A DNA stretch of 64,000 nt. It comes from Octopus vulgaris (taxonomy: Eukaryota). The stretch spans positions 173,538,001 to 173,602,000 of the forward strand of contig OX597816.1 of assembly GCA_951406725.2 (NCBI GenBank), read 5' to 3'. Under the pieces are notes generated by a model. The model was not told the origin of the DNA. It did no database searches and saw only the letters and a program-made list of their open reading frames with translations. A program made the translations under genes and the position numbers. Below, piece after piece: positions 11,968 to 26,689 of the stretch (positions are counted from its first letter, which is position 1; every line of letters begins with the position of its first letter).

Positions 11968-12284
11968 TTATATGTTGAAATTTTGCAAAGTCATTAGAAC
12001 AGAGGATAGAATGCCTTGCAGTATTTATTCTGAATCTCAATATACTGAGTTCAAATTGCACTGAGGTCAACTTTAACTTCCAGTCCTTCAAGGTTGATAA
12101 ATAAGATATCAGTCCAGCATAATGATTAATTCTTCTCTTTCAGTAAGAAATCACCTGTAGTCGGATGTGAAGGTGGGGAGGGTATGCTAGGTTTAAAATG
12201 CCTGAGATACACTACATCTCATGACAAAATGGCCTATGATTCCATTGAAGACCTAAAGTAATGCACACACACACACACACACAC

Positions 12285-12327
<43 letters not shown>

Positions 12328-12348
12328 AGCAACAAATGAGAGAAGAAA

Positions 12349-12562
12349 TATTGGTTTCAAATTTTAGCACAAGACCAGCTATTTCAGGGGATAGAATAAG
12401 TCGATTATATAAACTCCAGTGCTCAACTGGTACTTATATCAACCTCAAAAGGATGAAAGGCAAAGTTGACTTCAGTGGAATCTGAACTCAGAACGTAACT
12501 ACAGATGAAATGCTGTTAAACATTTTGCCCAGCATGCTAACAATTCTACCAGCTTGCCACCC
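12349..12562 (-). mobile_element. Old SINE family D-related copy
   Basis: ggatgaaaggcaaagttgac..gaactcagaacgt motif. Confidence 0.7.
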
Positions 12563-12692
12563 GAACAAGAGAAGAGATATTAAATTCAAAAGCAGAGTGC
12601 AATAGTTTATTTGGGGCTCATCTGGAGCTAGTCTGGAGTTTCTCTGATGTATAGTAACATGAACTGTTGTTCTCCTCAGTCTCTCTATGAAA

Positions 12693-12779
<87 letters not shown>

Positions 12780-12784
12780 TGTAT

Positions 12785-12960
12785 AGAAGGTTGAAAAGGA
12801 ACACACAAGTTGATATGCATAAGGAAAATAAGACAAGGTAGAAAATGCTAAAATAATTTTATCATGAAGAACATTTTAGTGCCAGTTTCAGTCTTTGCGA
12901 CTTTTTCAACTTGGAGTAAAGCATGAAGAACAATTAAATTGTGGAAAAATTAAATGAAAT
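12785..12960 (-). mobile_element. Probable Penelope-like pLTR remnant next to (TA)n
   Basis: Degenerate hammerhead-like motif at 12872-12912; layout resembles the 38484-38728 arm. Confidence 0.4.
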
Positions 12961-13152
12961 GTTTTTAAAAAATTATTTCCATAGTTATTCAAATGCAAGG
13001 GACATTTTCCGTTTTTCTTCCTGTCTGTCTCTCTTTTTTCACTCTTGTGGGTTCTGGGTAGTTAGCAGCAGCTAGTTTGATATGAATTCTTGTATTCTTG
13101 CCTTTGGTTGTTTAAGCAGCAGTAATAGTAGAGAAAGGAGGGGTGGGGGTGG

Positions 13153-13243
13153 GAAGAAGAAGAAGAAGAAGAAGAAGAAGAAGAAGAAGAAGAAGAAGAA
13201 GAAGAAGAAGAAGAAGAAGAAGAAGAAGAAGAAGAAGAAGAAG
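13153..13243. repeat. (GAA)n microsatellite
   Basis: About 30 perfect units. Confidence 0.97.
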
Positions 13244-13274
13244 AGCAGCAGCAACAACAACAATAACAACAATG

Positions 13275-13892
13275 CGGGAGTTCGTGATGTCATAGGAGAG
13301 AATTGTGTTTGCATGGATGATGGCTCACTTGCATTTACTGATGCTGCAAAGAGAGAGACTTGGAGATGCCACTATGAAAGGTTGCTAAATGAAGAGAATG
13401 AATGGGAGAAAGAGAGTCTGCTGAATGTCGACCCAACAGAGGGACCAGCTATCCGAATTGAGAGTACCTTCATAGATAAAGCAATCAAGAGTATGAAGAT
13501 AGGGAAAGCCCTGGCCCATCAGGAATCCTCGCAGAGATGTTTAAAATATCTGGCAGTGTAGGCTATATTCTAGTTACCTGTATAATCAATAAGGTGATAC
13601 ACGAAGGAGTCATACCCAATGACTGGTGTAGCAGCAACATAGTCAACTGCTACAAAGGTAAATGTGATGCATTTGATTTGAATCAAAGGTGTCAAATTGT
13701 TGGATCAGGTGATGAAAGCCCAACTAATTAGGGAGAGGGTAAGTCTAAATGAGATGCAGTTTGGGTTTGTGCCAGGGAGAAGCACCACTGATGCTATATT
13801 TCTGGTAAGACAGCTGCAGGAGAAATACCCAGTCAAAGATAAACCTCTGTATTTGGCTTTCATTGACATGGAGAAAGTCTTTGACAGAGTCT
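13275..13892 (+). mobile_element. RTE LINE fragment, RT N-terminal region (frameshifted)
   Basis: IPNDW, QFGFVPGRSTTDAIFLVRQLQEKY, LAFIDMEKVFDRV motifs. Confidence 0.92.
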
Positions 13893-14227
13893 TATATTTT
13901 TATATTTATGAATTTTTATGTGTTTATAAATTTTTATATATCTGTGAACTTTTATATATCTATAAATTTTCGTGTATATGTATTTATAAATTCTTAGAAA
14001 TTTTTTATATCTCATATAGATGAATGCATCTATGTATGTACTATGTATATCATGGAGAATTTCATTAATATGGACTGAATGAATATATACATCGACCTTT
14101 GAATTTGTTTTCTCTCCTCCTTAATTTTATATATTAATTTTATGAGAGCACTATTCAGTTGAGCTGTATGAAGTGGATATCTATATCACTTATTTCTTCA
14201 TTGTGTTATATATATATATATATATAG

Positions 14228-14267
<40 letters not shown>

Positions 14268-14269
<2 letters not shown>

Positions 14270-16115
14270 TCATCATCGTTTAACGTCCGTTTTCCGCGCT
14301 ATCACGGGTTGGACGGTTCGACCGGGGTCTGGGAAGCCAGGGGCTGCACCAGGCTCCAGTCTGATCTGGCAGAGTTTCTACAGCTGGATGCCCTTCCTAA
14401 CGCCAACCACTCCGCGAGTGTAGTGGGTGCTTTTTACGTGCCACCTGCACAGGTGCCAGGGGGGTCCGGCATCGGCCACGATTGGTTGGAGCTTTTAACG
14501 TGCCACCGGCACAGAAGCCAGCTGAGGCGGTGCTGGCAACGGCCACGTTCGGATGGTGCTTTTTATGTGCCACCGGCACAGAAGCCAGTCGGGGCGGCGC
14601 TGGCATCGGCCACGTTCGGATGGTGCTTTTTATGTGCCACCAGCACAGAAGCCAGTCGGGGTGGCGCTGGCATCGGCCACGTTCGGATGGTGCTTTTTAT
14701 GTGCCACCGGCACAGAAGCCAGTCGGGGCGGCGCTGGCATCAGCCACGTTCGGATGGTGCTTTTTATGTGCCACCGGCACAGAAGCCAGTCGGGGCGGCG
14801 CTGGCATCGGCCACGTTCGGATGGTGCTTTTTATGTGCCACCGGCACAGAAGCCAGTCGGGGTGGCGCTGGTATCGGCCACGTTCGGATGATGCTTTTTA
14901 TGTGCCACCGGCACAGGTATCACAACTACTATTTCCATTGATATTTATATTTATTTCGATGTTCATGTTCATGTACTTGACTCAACAGGTCTCCTCAAGC
15001 ACAGCGAGACGTTCCGGGATCCAGGGTCCTTTGAATGGGCAGGGGGCTATGCAGAACTGGTGCAGGAAGCAGCCCGGGTCTTTGCAGTCACAGCATATCT
15101 CCAGAGTTCTCGGTCCTTCGCCATAGCCTCAGTGAGGCCCAACGCTCGGAGGTCATGCTTGACTACCTCATCCCATGTCTTCCTGGTCTACCTCTCCCCC
15201 TGATACCTTCAACTGTTTGGGAGTGGCACTTCTTCACACATCTCTCCTCATCCATCCGCAGTACATGACCATACCATCGCAAGCGTCGCCCTTGCACACC
15301 ACATCTGATGCTTCTTATGTCCAGCATTTCTCTCAGGGTGCTTACACTCTGTCGTGCACTCACACTGACATTACACATCCAGCAGATCATGTTAGCTTCA
15401 TTTCTTTCAAGTCTACGCATGTCCTCTGCAGTCACAGCCCATGTTTCACTACCGTGAAGCATGGCAGTTCACACACATGCATCATACAATCTACCTTTCA
15501 CTCTGAGCGAGAGACCCTTTGTCGCCAGTAGGGGTAGGAGCTTTCTGAACTTTGCCCAGGCTATTCATATTCTAGTAGTGATACTCTCTGAGCATCCACC
15601 TCCACTACTAACTTGGTCACCCATGTAGCGGAAACTATCAACTACTTCTAGTTTCTCCCCCTGGAGTGTGATGGGATCTGTTTTCTGAGTGTCTGTGATG
15701 TCTATTGTCCCTGTGCATCTGCCGCACATGAAAGCTATCTTATCAGTTAATTCCCCTTTGATGTTGCTGCACCTCTTATGTGTCCATAGCTTACATTGGG
15801 TGCATCTTATGGAGTTTCTACCTACACCTTTCCTACAGATCAAGCAGGGCCACCTACCTGAGGGTGTGTGTGCTGAGTTCGCCTTTCTGCTTACTATAAC
15901 TTTGGTCTTTGCTACATTTACTCTAAGGCCCTTTGATTCTAACCCTTGCTTCCACACCTGAAATTTCTTTTCTAGTTCCGGTAGTGATTCTGCTATGAGA
16001 GCCAGGTCATCAGCATAGAGGAGCTCCCAGGGGCATCCTGTTTTGAATTCCTCTGTTATTGCCTGGAGGACTATGATGAATAAAAGGGGACTGAGGGCTG
16101 AGCCTTGGTGTACAC

Positions 16116-16117
<2 letters not shown>
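14268..16117 (-). mobile_element. 5'-truncated RTE LINE (RT core, Cys-rich C-terminus, 3' UTR array) flanked by (TA)n
   Basis: GVHQGSALSPLLF, YADDLAL, C..C motifs, RRLRWYGHVLR; (TGA)n tail at 14268. Confidence 0.95.
14421..14917 (-). repeat. 67-bp tandem array in RTE 3' UTR
   Basis: Units start at 14551, 14618, 14685, 14752, 14819 and 14886, plus two variant units. Confidence 0.97.
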
Positions 16118-16177
<60 letters not shown>

Positions 16178-16224
16178 CAGCTAGGTGTATAGAATATGAC
16201 CCAAACCTTGTAAATACTAATTAC

Positions 16225-16355
16225 CTGTATGTTTAAAGTACGATCTGACTTCTTACTCAACTCCTGAAGAGATATTTCTTTACAGCTTTCAGTGTTTGTA
16301 CTTTTCACCTTGTTCTTTGTCTTTCCAGCATTTTGGAAATGTTTTCCAACATGAT
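16225..16355 (-). CDS. Host gene exon, xHVGKHFQNAGKTKNKVKSTNTESCKEISLQELSKKSDRTLNIQ
   Basis: Acceptor ttctgttttctctttggcacag, donor CAG|gtaatt, 131-nt open frame ending in phase 0 and joining the next exon in frame. Confidence 0.72.
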
Positions 16356-17751
16356 CTGTGCCAAAGAGAAAACAGAATAATAAGCAATCTTGAGAAGTAC
16401 TTGAACATCATATTTATATTATACACACATATAAACATCATAAGTTTTCTATGCTGACATGAGTCTGCCATGGAGAATATAGCCACTTACAAAGAACCTC
16501 TATGATCTTATCCATAACATCTACCATGTCAAGATTTTATTTTATTATTTCTTTCTGTGTCTTTTATGATTATCATATGTTGCAAGTACCTTTTACTACC
16601 CATTCTTAGTATTCATTCTCCATGTGCACTGTGTGTCCATACCAGTGCAGTAGTTGTGTCTTTCTACATTGATAGATGCCTTTAATCCTTAGCTACCTTT
16701 CAAGCTGTCTTATAATGATCCTTTCACATAAGTTAATGTTGCGTATCCAAATGATTATACTTGACCAATTTTTCTTTCTCAAGAAATCCTACACAAAAAA
16801 AAAAAACTATTTTTCATTACCACACAGCACCATATTTCTTACACATACTCCATACACATGTAAATTATATCATATAAAATTTATTATCATCATTGAACAT
16901 CCTCCTTCCATGCTGACATGGGTTGGATAGTTTAACAGGAGCTGGCCAGGCAGGAGCCTGTGCCATGTTTCAGTGTCTGTTTTGGCATGGTTTTTATGGC
17001 TGGATGCTATTCCCAACACTAAACACTCTGCAGAGAAAGGATGATGTTTCTTCTTGTTGCTATCTCTTCATGTGCAATAACAAGGAGTCAGTATAGTGCA
17101 GTGAGGCGAATTCTGCTGTTCCATTCCCTTACATTTTTCTATTAAAATCATGTTTGTAATATTTTTCTCAACTGTTTAGTCGATGATGGAATGGTATTGC
17201 CCACAACTCTTTACCATTTTCAAAGCTTCCAAACAAGTGAAAGCAGGGTCAAAGTTATTGTCAAACCAGCCATAAATAATTGCAACATACTGAACTCAGA
17301 ATACAAGGTGACAAATGTTGCAAAGTACCTTATCCAATGCTTTAACAATTCTACCAATCTTCTATCAATGAAAGGCACTTTATTTTATTAACCCTACAAA
17401 AAGATGAAAGACAAAGTTGACACCTCAATAACATTTGACACAAAGACAAGAGAGCTGGAATAAACATTCCAAAACATTTTGTCCTATTCTTAATGAATCG
17501 ACCAATTTTCTGTAGATTAAGACTTTCATTCTCAACCAGTTCTATGTTCCTGTTTGACTATGGTTGCTACCACAATACACTTAGACAGTTGAACACAACA
17601 AAAATCAACATGAAAAACAAAAGTGTCTCTAAATAGTCATCTTTTCCTATGGTAGCCATATCTATTTCATATCACTCTACTATTTCAAAAATGGAGTACA
17701 TATTAAACAATGCACTCTGACTATAGCTATATAGCCACTATAACTGACAAA

Positions 17752-18135
17752 GTGGAGGCACAATGGCCCAGTGGTTAGGGCAGCGGACTCGCGGTCGTAG
17801 GATTGCGGTTTCGATTCCCAGACCGGGCATCGTGAGTGTTTATTGAGCGAAAACACCTGAAAGCTCCAGGAGGCTCCAGCAGGGGATGGTGGTGATCCCT
17901 GCTGTACTCTTTCACCACAACTTTCTCTCACTCTTACTTCCTGTTTCTGTTGTACCTGTATTTCAAAGGGCTGGCCTTGTCACTCTCTGTGTCATGCTGA
18001 ATATCCCCGAGAACTACATTAAGGGTACACGTGTCTGTGGAGTGCTCAGCCACTTACACGTTAATTTCACAAGCAGGCTGTTCCGTTGATCGGATCAACC
18101 GGAACCCTCGTCGTCGTAACCGACGGAGTGCTTCC
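17752..18135 (+). mobile_element. SINE family C, full length
   Basis: tRNA-like head; 15-bp target-site duplication ataactgacaaagtg (17740-17754, 18136-18150). Confidence 0.94.
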
Positions 18136-18826
18136 ATAACTGACAAAGTGACTGGATGCCTTTCATCAAAGATTGCTTGATGAGGTCCAACATGAGGCTA
18201 ATCAACACCAACACAAATCAATCTGTACAACACTATAGTTATGACCCTACAGTGACCCTATGCTTTGTGGTATATTCTATCAACCAAGTGAACAAAGCTA
18301 TAGAGAGCTAAGTGTCTGGTCCACAGATATAATACAGCACTGAGTACAGGAATCAAATGCTGGACCTTCTTCTCGTTCTTTTTATTCATTTACTGGCTTC
18401 AATCAAGGTATTGTGCCCAAACTGGAGCAGCACCTTCAAGGATTGATTATATTGACCCCAGTATTTATTTCAGTCTGGTACTTATCGATTTCTATTTTCA
18501 AGTCACCTAGTCATAAAGAGACACAACATAAACAACGAAACGTGTTTTAGACTGATGTAAACATAACCAAAGAAACACACACCAAGCTCCTGCTCAGTTT
18601 ATGCCAACCAAATTTCATTCACAAAGTATTGATTAATATGAAATTATGAAATAAGACATTTGCACAAAGATTGAAACTGGAACTACAGGGCTATGAAGCC
18701 AACATCTAAAACTGACAGCCATGTCCATAACTGAGGATCAGACAAAATAAAAAAATTATTTTCGAAGCCGGAGAACTCCCTAAAACGTCAGAAGTTAATT
18801 TTTTTTTTGCCAGAAGTTAATTCTTT

Positions 18827-19182
18827 TTTGGTGCTTTTTACGTGCCACTGGCATGAGAGCCAATCAGGGGGCACCAGCCCCAGCTATGATATAGGTTTTA
18901 CTTGACTTGACAGGTCTTCTCAAGGATATCATATCACTCGATGCATTAGGGTTATTCTTAGCAGGGCTGGACATGTGTGGCTGCAATTTCACAGCATATC
19001 TCCAAAGGTCCTGGTCTCCTGTCATTGCCTCTGTGAGACCCAATGTTCGAAGGTCATGCTTCACCACCTCATCCCATGTCTTCCTGGGTCAACCTCTCCC
19101 CCAGGTTCCTTCTACAGATAGAGAGTAGCACTTCCTCACACAGTTGTCTTCATTCATACATAACACATGGCCATACCATTGC
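18827..19182 (-). mobile_element. RTE fragment, near-identical to 22071-22424
   Basis: Same peptide VKHDL.TLGLTEAMTGDQDLWRYAVKLQPHMSSPAK in both ORFs. Confidence 0.9.
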
Positions 19183-19410
19183 TAGTTTCTTCACACTCTC
19201 TTTGTTTCTCTGTAGTTGTTCAAAGCCATCTGCAATTCTCTTCATCCTTATAATCAATGTTTTTCAAATCATTTTTTTATCAACAAAGTCAATCCTAAAT
19301 TATGTCTCCTAACAGTTAGTAATTAATTTTATTCTAAAAAAAAACAGTTTTTTCCACAATCTTACCAATGACTATTTATAGTTTATTGTCGTAAATCTCA
19401 TACACAAGCA

Positions 19411-19473
<63 letters not shown>

Positions 19474-19661
19474 GAGTCCCACTCCAAACGAATGAATTAG
19501 TCAAATATGTCGACGAATCTGAAATATCAAAATGTCATGCAACATGGATTCTCTCCTATCATGGGGTTGGACACTTGGTGAATGTTACTGGTGCAATTTG
19601 AGGCCTATATAAACTATGTGATACCAGTACTTACACATACACACACATTCAAATACATATG

Positions 19662-19733
<72 letters not shown>

Positions 19734-19738
19734 CATAT

Positions 19739-21579
<1,841 letters not shown>

Positions 21580-21802
21580 CATGTGATTGACTCTTGTTGA
21601 ATGTTACCAGAGTGTGAGATAATGTCCATATACACTGTTCTGTGGGTGTACTCCCTATCACCACACACAGAGAAAATACATCCTGTATTTGAGAGCAACA
21701 GGATGTTACTGAGGCATAATCAGCAGTAAGTGTATACAGACACAAATTTCATATGATAATCAGGTTACTGAATATATTTAGTATGTGTGTGTGTGTGGCT
21801 AT

Positions 21803-24050
21803 ATCATCATCATCAATTAACGTCCATTTTCCATGCTGGCATGGGTTGGATAGTTTGACTGAGGTCTGGAGCGCCAGCCGCTGGGAAAGTTTCCACAGGT
21901 TGATGCCCTTCCTAGTGCCAACCAGTCTGAGAGTGTAGTGGGTGCTTTTTACGTGGCCCCAGGACAGGAGCCAGTCTGGTGGGCCTGGCAACGATCATGT
22001 TCATATAGTGCTTTTTATGTGCCACCAGCACAGGAGCCAGTCAAGGGATACTGGCATCAGCCACATTTGGTTGGTGCTTTTTACATGCCACTGGCATGAG
22101 AGCCAATCAGGGGGCACCAGCCCCAGCTATGATATGGGTTTTACTTGACTTGACAAGTCTTCTCAAGGATATCATATCACCCGACGCATTAGGGTTATTC
22201 TTAGCAGGGCTGGACATGTGTGGCTGCAATTTCACAGCATATCTCCAAAGGTCCTGGTCTCCTGTCATTGCCTCTGTGAGACCCAATGTTTGAAGGTCAT
22301 GCTTCACCACCTCATCCCAATTCTTCCTGGGTCTACCTCTCCCACAGGTTCCTTCTACAGATAGAGAGTAGCACTTCCTCACACAGTTGTCTTCATTCAT
22401 ACATAACACATGGCCATACCAATGCAGTCGCCTCTCTTGCACACCGCATTTTATGCTTCTTATGCCCAACTTTTCTCTCAGGGCACTTACACTCTGTCGT
22501 GTATGCACACTGACATTACACTTCCAGCAGATCACACTAGCTTCATTTCTTTCAAGCCTACGCATGTCCTCAACATTCATAGCCCATGTTTCACTGCCGT
22601 GTTGCATAGCACCTCGCACACATGCATCATACAGTCTACCTTTCACCCTGAGCAAGAGGCCTTTAGTTGCCAACAGAAGTAGGAGCTCTCTGAACTTTGC
22701 CAAGGCTATTCCTTACCCTAGTTGCTATTCTCTCAGAGCAACCACTCCCACTACAGTCTTGGTCGCCTAGGTAGCAGAAGCTATTAACTACTTCTAATTT
22801 CTCCTCCTGGCATGTGATGGAATCTTCAGTGTTTATTGCCCCAGTGCATCTTCCACACACAAAAGCTATTTTCCCGGTTAACCTTCCTTAATATTGCTGC
22901 ACCTTTTATGTGCCCGGGTACATCGTATGGAGTTTCTAGCCATGCCTTTTCTAAGGTTTTGAGTAGAAGGGAGTTGTGATTTGACAGCCTTCTTACTAAG
23001 ACTGGTTTTGGCTAGGTTAACCCTAAGGCCCTTTGATTCTAGACCTTACTTCCACACCCTAAACTTTGTCTCCAATTCTGGCAGTGACTTGGGTATTAGA
23101 GCAAGGTCATCAGTATTGAGGGGCTCCCAAGGGCAGCCTGTCTTGTATTCCTCCGTTATTGCCTGGAGGACTATAATAAATAAGAGGGGGTTGAAGACTG
23201 ATCCTTGGTGAATCCCTACTTCTTGGAATTCTTCACTATACTTGTTGCCAAACCTCACTTAACTGACAGCATCCCTAGCTCTTACCAGCCACTCGTCTAT
23301 CCCCAGTTTCTGCATTGACTACCAAATAAGGGATTGGGGGACCCTGTCAAAGGCTTTCTCCAAGTCAGCTAAAGCCAAGTACAAAGGTTTGTCTTTGACT
23401 AGGTATTTCTCCTGCAGTTGCCTTACCAGAGATATAGCATCAGTGGTGCTTCTGCCTGGCACAAAACCAAACTGCATCTCATCAAGGCTAACTCTCTCCC
23501 TAATTAGTTGGGCTATGACCCTCTTTGTAACTCTCATCGCCTGATCCAATAATTTGATACCCCTGTAGTTATTTCTATCTAAAGCATCACCTTTACCTTT
23601 GTAGCAGCTGACTATGGTGCTGATGCACCAGTCATTGGGTATGACTCTTTCATGAACTACCTGATATACAATGCAGGTGACAAGATTATAACCCACACCG
23701 CCTAATATTTTAAGCATCTCTGCAGTGATTCTTGATGGGCCAGGTGCTTTCCATGTCTTCATATCCTTAACAGCTTTATCTACCTGTGTACTGTCGATTC
23801 AGATAGCTGGTCCCTTAATTGGGCCAATCTTTGGCAGACTCTCCTCTTCCCATTCATTCTCCAAATTCAGCAGTCTTTCATAATGGCTTCTCCAAGCCTT
23901 TTTCTTTGCAGAATCATTAAATGCAAGGGCACCATCATCCATGCTGACACATTTCTCTCCTATGACATCACGGTTTTCTCTCATACACTGTCCTGCAATC
24001 CAAAATACTTCAGTTCTCTAGTCCTCACATTGCTGAACATTGGCAAACTT
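21803..24050 (-). mobile_element. Decayed RTE LINE (RT, C-terminus, 3' UTR)
   Basis: KAPGPS, NYRGIKLL, QFGFVPGRSTTDAI, DLEKAFDRVP, GIHQGSV, TDDLAL; stops and frameshifts. Confidence 0.95.
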
Positions 24051-24410
24051 CGTCGTTGTCGTCGTCATCATCATCAGATTTCTCAAGCCAACAGTTTTAA
24101 GAAATTTAGGTATTTTACACTCTATAAGCTTGTATAACTGCTTAGTTAAGATAGTTAACAGCTCTAACTTGCAATGTCTTAATGTTACATTTAAAACAAG
24201 CAAAAAAAAAAGGCCTAACTACAGTTAAATGACCAAGAAAAGTAGCAGTATGGTGTATGATAGACCAGTGTGATCCTAGCAAGCAAAGAACATCAGATGC
24301 TAAGAGAAGGATGATAATGATGACAACAACAAGATGATGGTGGTGGAGAAAGTGACAGTTCAAGAATATGACTTTAGAACACCCAATGACAGTCTCCAAC
24401 AAAGATTTAA

Positions 24411-24630
24411 CCCTTTCGTTACCAACCCGGCTGAAACCGGCTCTGGCTCTTTGGTACAAATGTCTGGTTTTCAAAAGTTCTGAATTAAAATCTTACACCA
24501 AACCTGAGTCATAATTTACGTCCCTAACTCTAGCTTAATGATAACGATGTTATTTTACTTAATTCTTTGTTATATTTAAAATAATTGGAAGAAACACTGA
24601 GATCTCAAAATAAATTCAGTAACGAAAGGG
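24411..24630. mobile_element. piggyBac-type MITE
   Basis: TTAA|CCCTTTCGTTAC...GTAACGAAAGGG|TTAA. Confidence 0.9.
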
Positions 24631-25003
24631 TTAATAATGATTACTGTTGTTGCTATTTAATCCTCAAAGCAGCCTTGACTGAACAGATCAATTATCAAAA
24701 GCATTCCAGCTGTGATTAATTCTCCCTTTTTTTTTTTTTTTTATTAGAGACCAGATTGGTCACTAACTCTTTCCATTTTTTAAAAACAGTAGGGTTAATT
24801 TGAGAGAGATTTAGCTGCTATTGCTTGTAGATCAAACATCTTTGTACAGGCATCTTTATTAACTCATTTAATAATAGTTTTTAAGATAAGCAAAAAGCAT
24901 TAAATATTTTTGTGGAGATGTAATAGTCACACCAACCCCAATACTTGACTGATTGGTACTTATTTTATAAAACCCTGAAAGATAAGTCAAGCTGGGAATT
25001 TAG

Positions 25004-25398
25004 CTGGTGGCACATAAAAAGCACCATCCGAACGTGGCCGATGCCAGCGCCGCCTTGACTGGCTTCTGTGCCAGTGGCACATAAAAAGCACCATCATAAC
25101 GTGGCCGATGCCAGCGCCGCCTTGGCTGGCTTCTGTGCCGGTGGCACATAAAAAGCACCATCCGAACGTGGCTGATGCCAGACCCCCCTGGCACCTGTGC
25201 AGGTGGCACGTAAAAAGCACCCACTACACTCGCGGAGTGGTTGGCGTTAGGAAGGGCATACAGCTATAGAAACACTGCCAGATCAGACTGGAGCCTGGTG
25301 CAGCCCCTGGCTTCCCAGACCCCGGTCGAACCGTCCAACCCGTGCTAGTGTGGAAAACGGACGTTAAACGACGATGATGATGATGATGATGATGATGA
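25004..25398 (+). mobile_element. RTE 3' UTR-only insertion with repeat array
   Basis: Four repeat cores, conserved terminal block, (GAT)n tail. Confidence 0.9.
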
Positions 25399-25475
25399 CA
25401 GTGAAATACTGAAGGCTAATCTCAAGACACTGAACCTACCTTCCGGCCTCTACTCATAATTACTATTGTGCATTT

Positions 25476-26648
25476 TACAAGGAAGGACTGACTATGAAAG
25501 AGTGATGCTAGAGCAGTGAAATCTTGCTTAAATTAATTTCAACCCTTCTTATTAATAACTGCATTGTTTCTTTCCAGGTAAACTGACATCTCACTGATCA
25601 AAGAAGACTTCAAAAGTAACTAGTAGTGATTTCTCTTGAAAGTGGACAAAATTTGGCATCGTGGTGTTATCAAGTACCTGCAAGAAAAGGGTTTAGCCCC
25701 ACCAAAGGCATTCATACTGACATGATTACTACATTAGGGAATAACACTCCAGCTTTATCAACAGTGCAAAAGTGGGAAGCTGGATTTAGGAGGGGAAGAG
25801 AAAGTCTTGAAGACAACCCAAGGTCTGGACGTCCTGCAACTGCCACCACTGAAGAAAATATTGATCATGTTCACCACATGGTAATGGATGACAAGTGATT
25901 GACTATAAATCAAATAGCCAATGCTATTAACATATCCTGTGAGAGAATTGAGAATATTCTGCACAAGGGACTTGACATGAAGGTTTCTACTCGGTGGGTG
26001 CAACATCTTCTGACACCTAATCAAATGTGCACCAGGTTGATCACATCACAGGAAAATCTGATACTGTCTGAAGCAGATCCAGCTAGCTTCCTTGAATGTA
26101 ACCCAGGATGAGTGTTGGTTTCATCACTTTGAGCAGAGACAATCCATGCAGTGAAAATACCCCTCTTCACACTGCTCCAAAGGAGGCCAATGTCATTTCA
26201 TCTGCAGGGAAGGTGGTGGCCTCAGTTTTTTCTTTATGAAAAAGGCTTTGTGTTTATTGACTTTCTTCAAAAGAGATGCCAACTTGCTGAGGCAATTACA
26301 AAAGGCTATCAAGACCAAATAACAAGGAAAACTGCTGAGAGGAACCTTGTTTCATCAGAACAATGTTCCAGCACACAAATCCTTGCTTTCAATGGCTGTT
26401 GTGTGTGACTGTGGCTTTGAACTGGTTGATTACCCTCTTTCTTCTCTTGATTTGGCTCCATCTGACTATCATTTGTTCTTCAACATGAAAAAACATTTGG
26501 CTGGGAACCAATATTGTAGAGTGATGATGTCATATCTGCTGTCAATGACATCAATGAGAAAAGTGTGTGGGCTGCAAGGGAGTCACATTTAGTCACATTC
26601 CACAACAGTATCTTGGTTAGCCATTGAATGTTTCAGCCAACCCTCATA
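25476..26648 (+). mobile_element. Decayed mariner transposon
   Basis: EDNPRSGRP, WVQHLLT (WVPHxL-like), HQNNVPAH, SLDLAPSDYHLF; TIR-like ttcagccaaccctcata at the right end. Confidence 0.9.
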
Positions 26649-26689
26649 TTTACTCCAAACTACATTCCAATTTCTTTGCCAAATACTTT

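Noticed and set aside
14421-14917. CRISPR-like repeat/spacer appearance
   Set aside because: Spacers are near-identical or homologous, the array is part of a LINE 3' UTR, no cas genes, eukaryotic context
15565-16308. Single 247-aa ORF as a host-RT fusion protein
   Set aside because: Chance read-through from the host exon across its splice donor and (TA)n into the RTE frame; would need intron retention, for which there is no evidence
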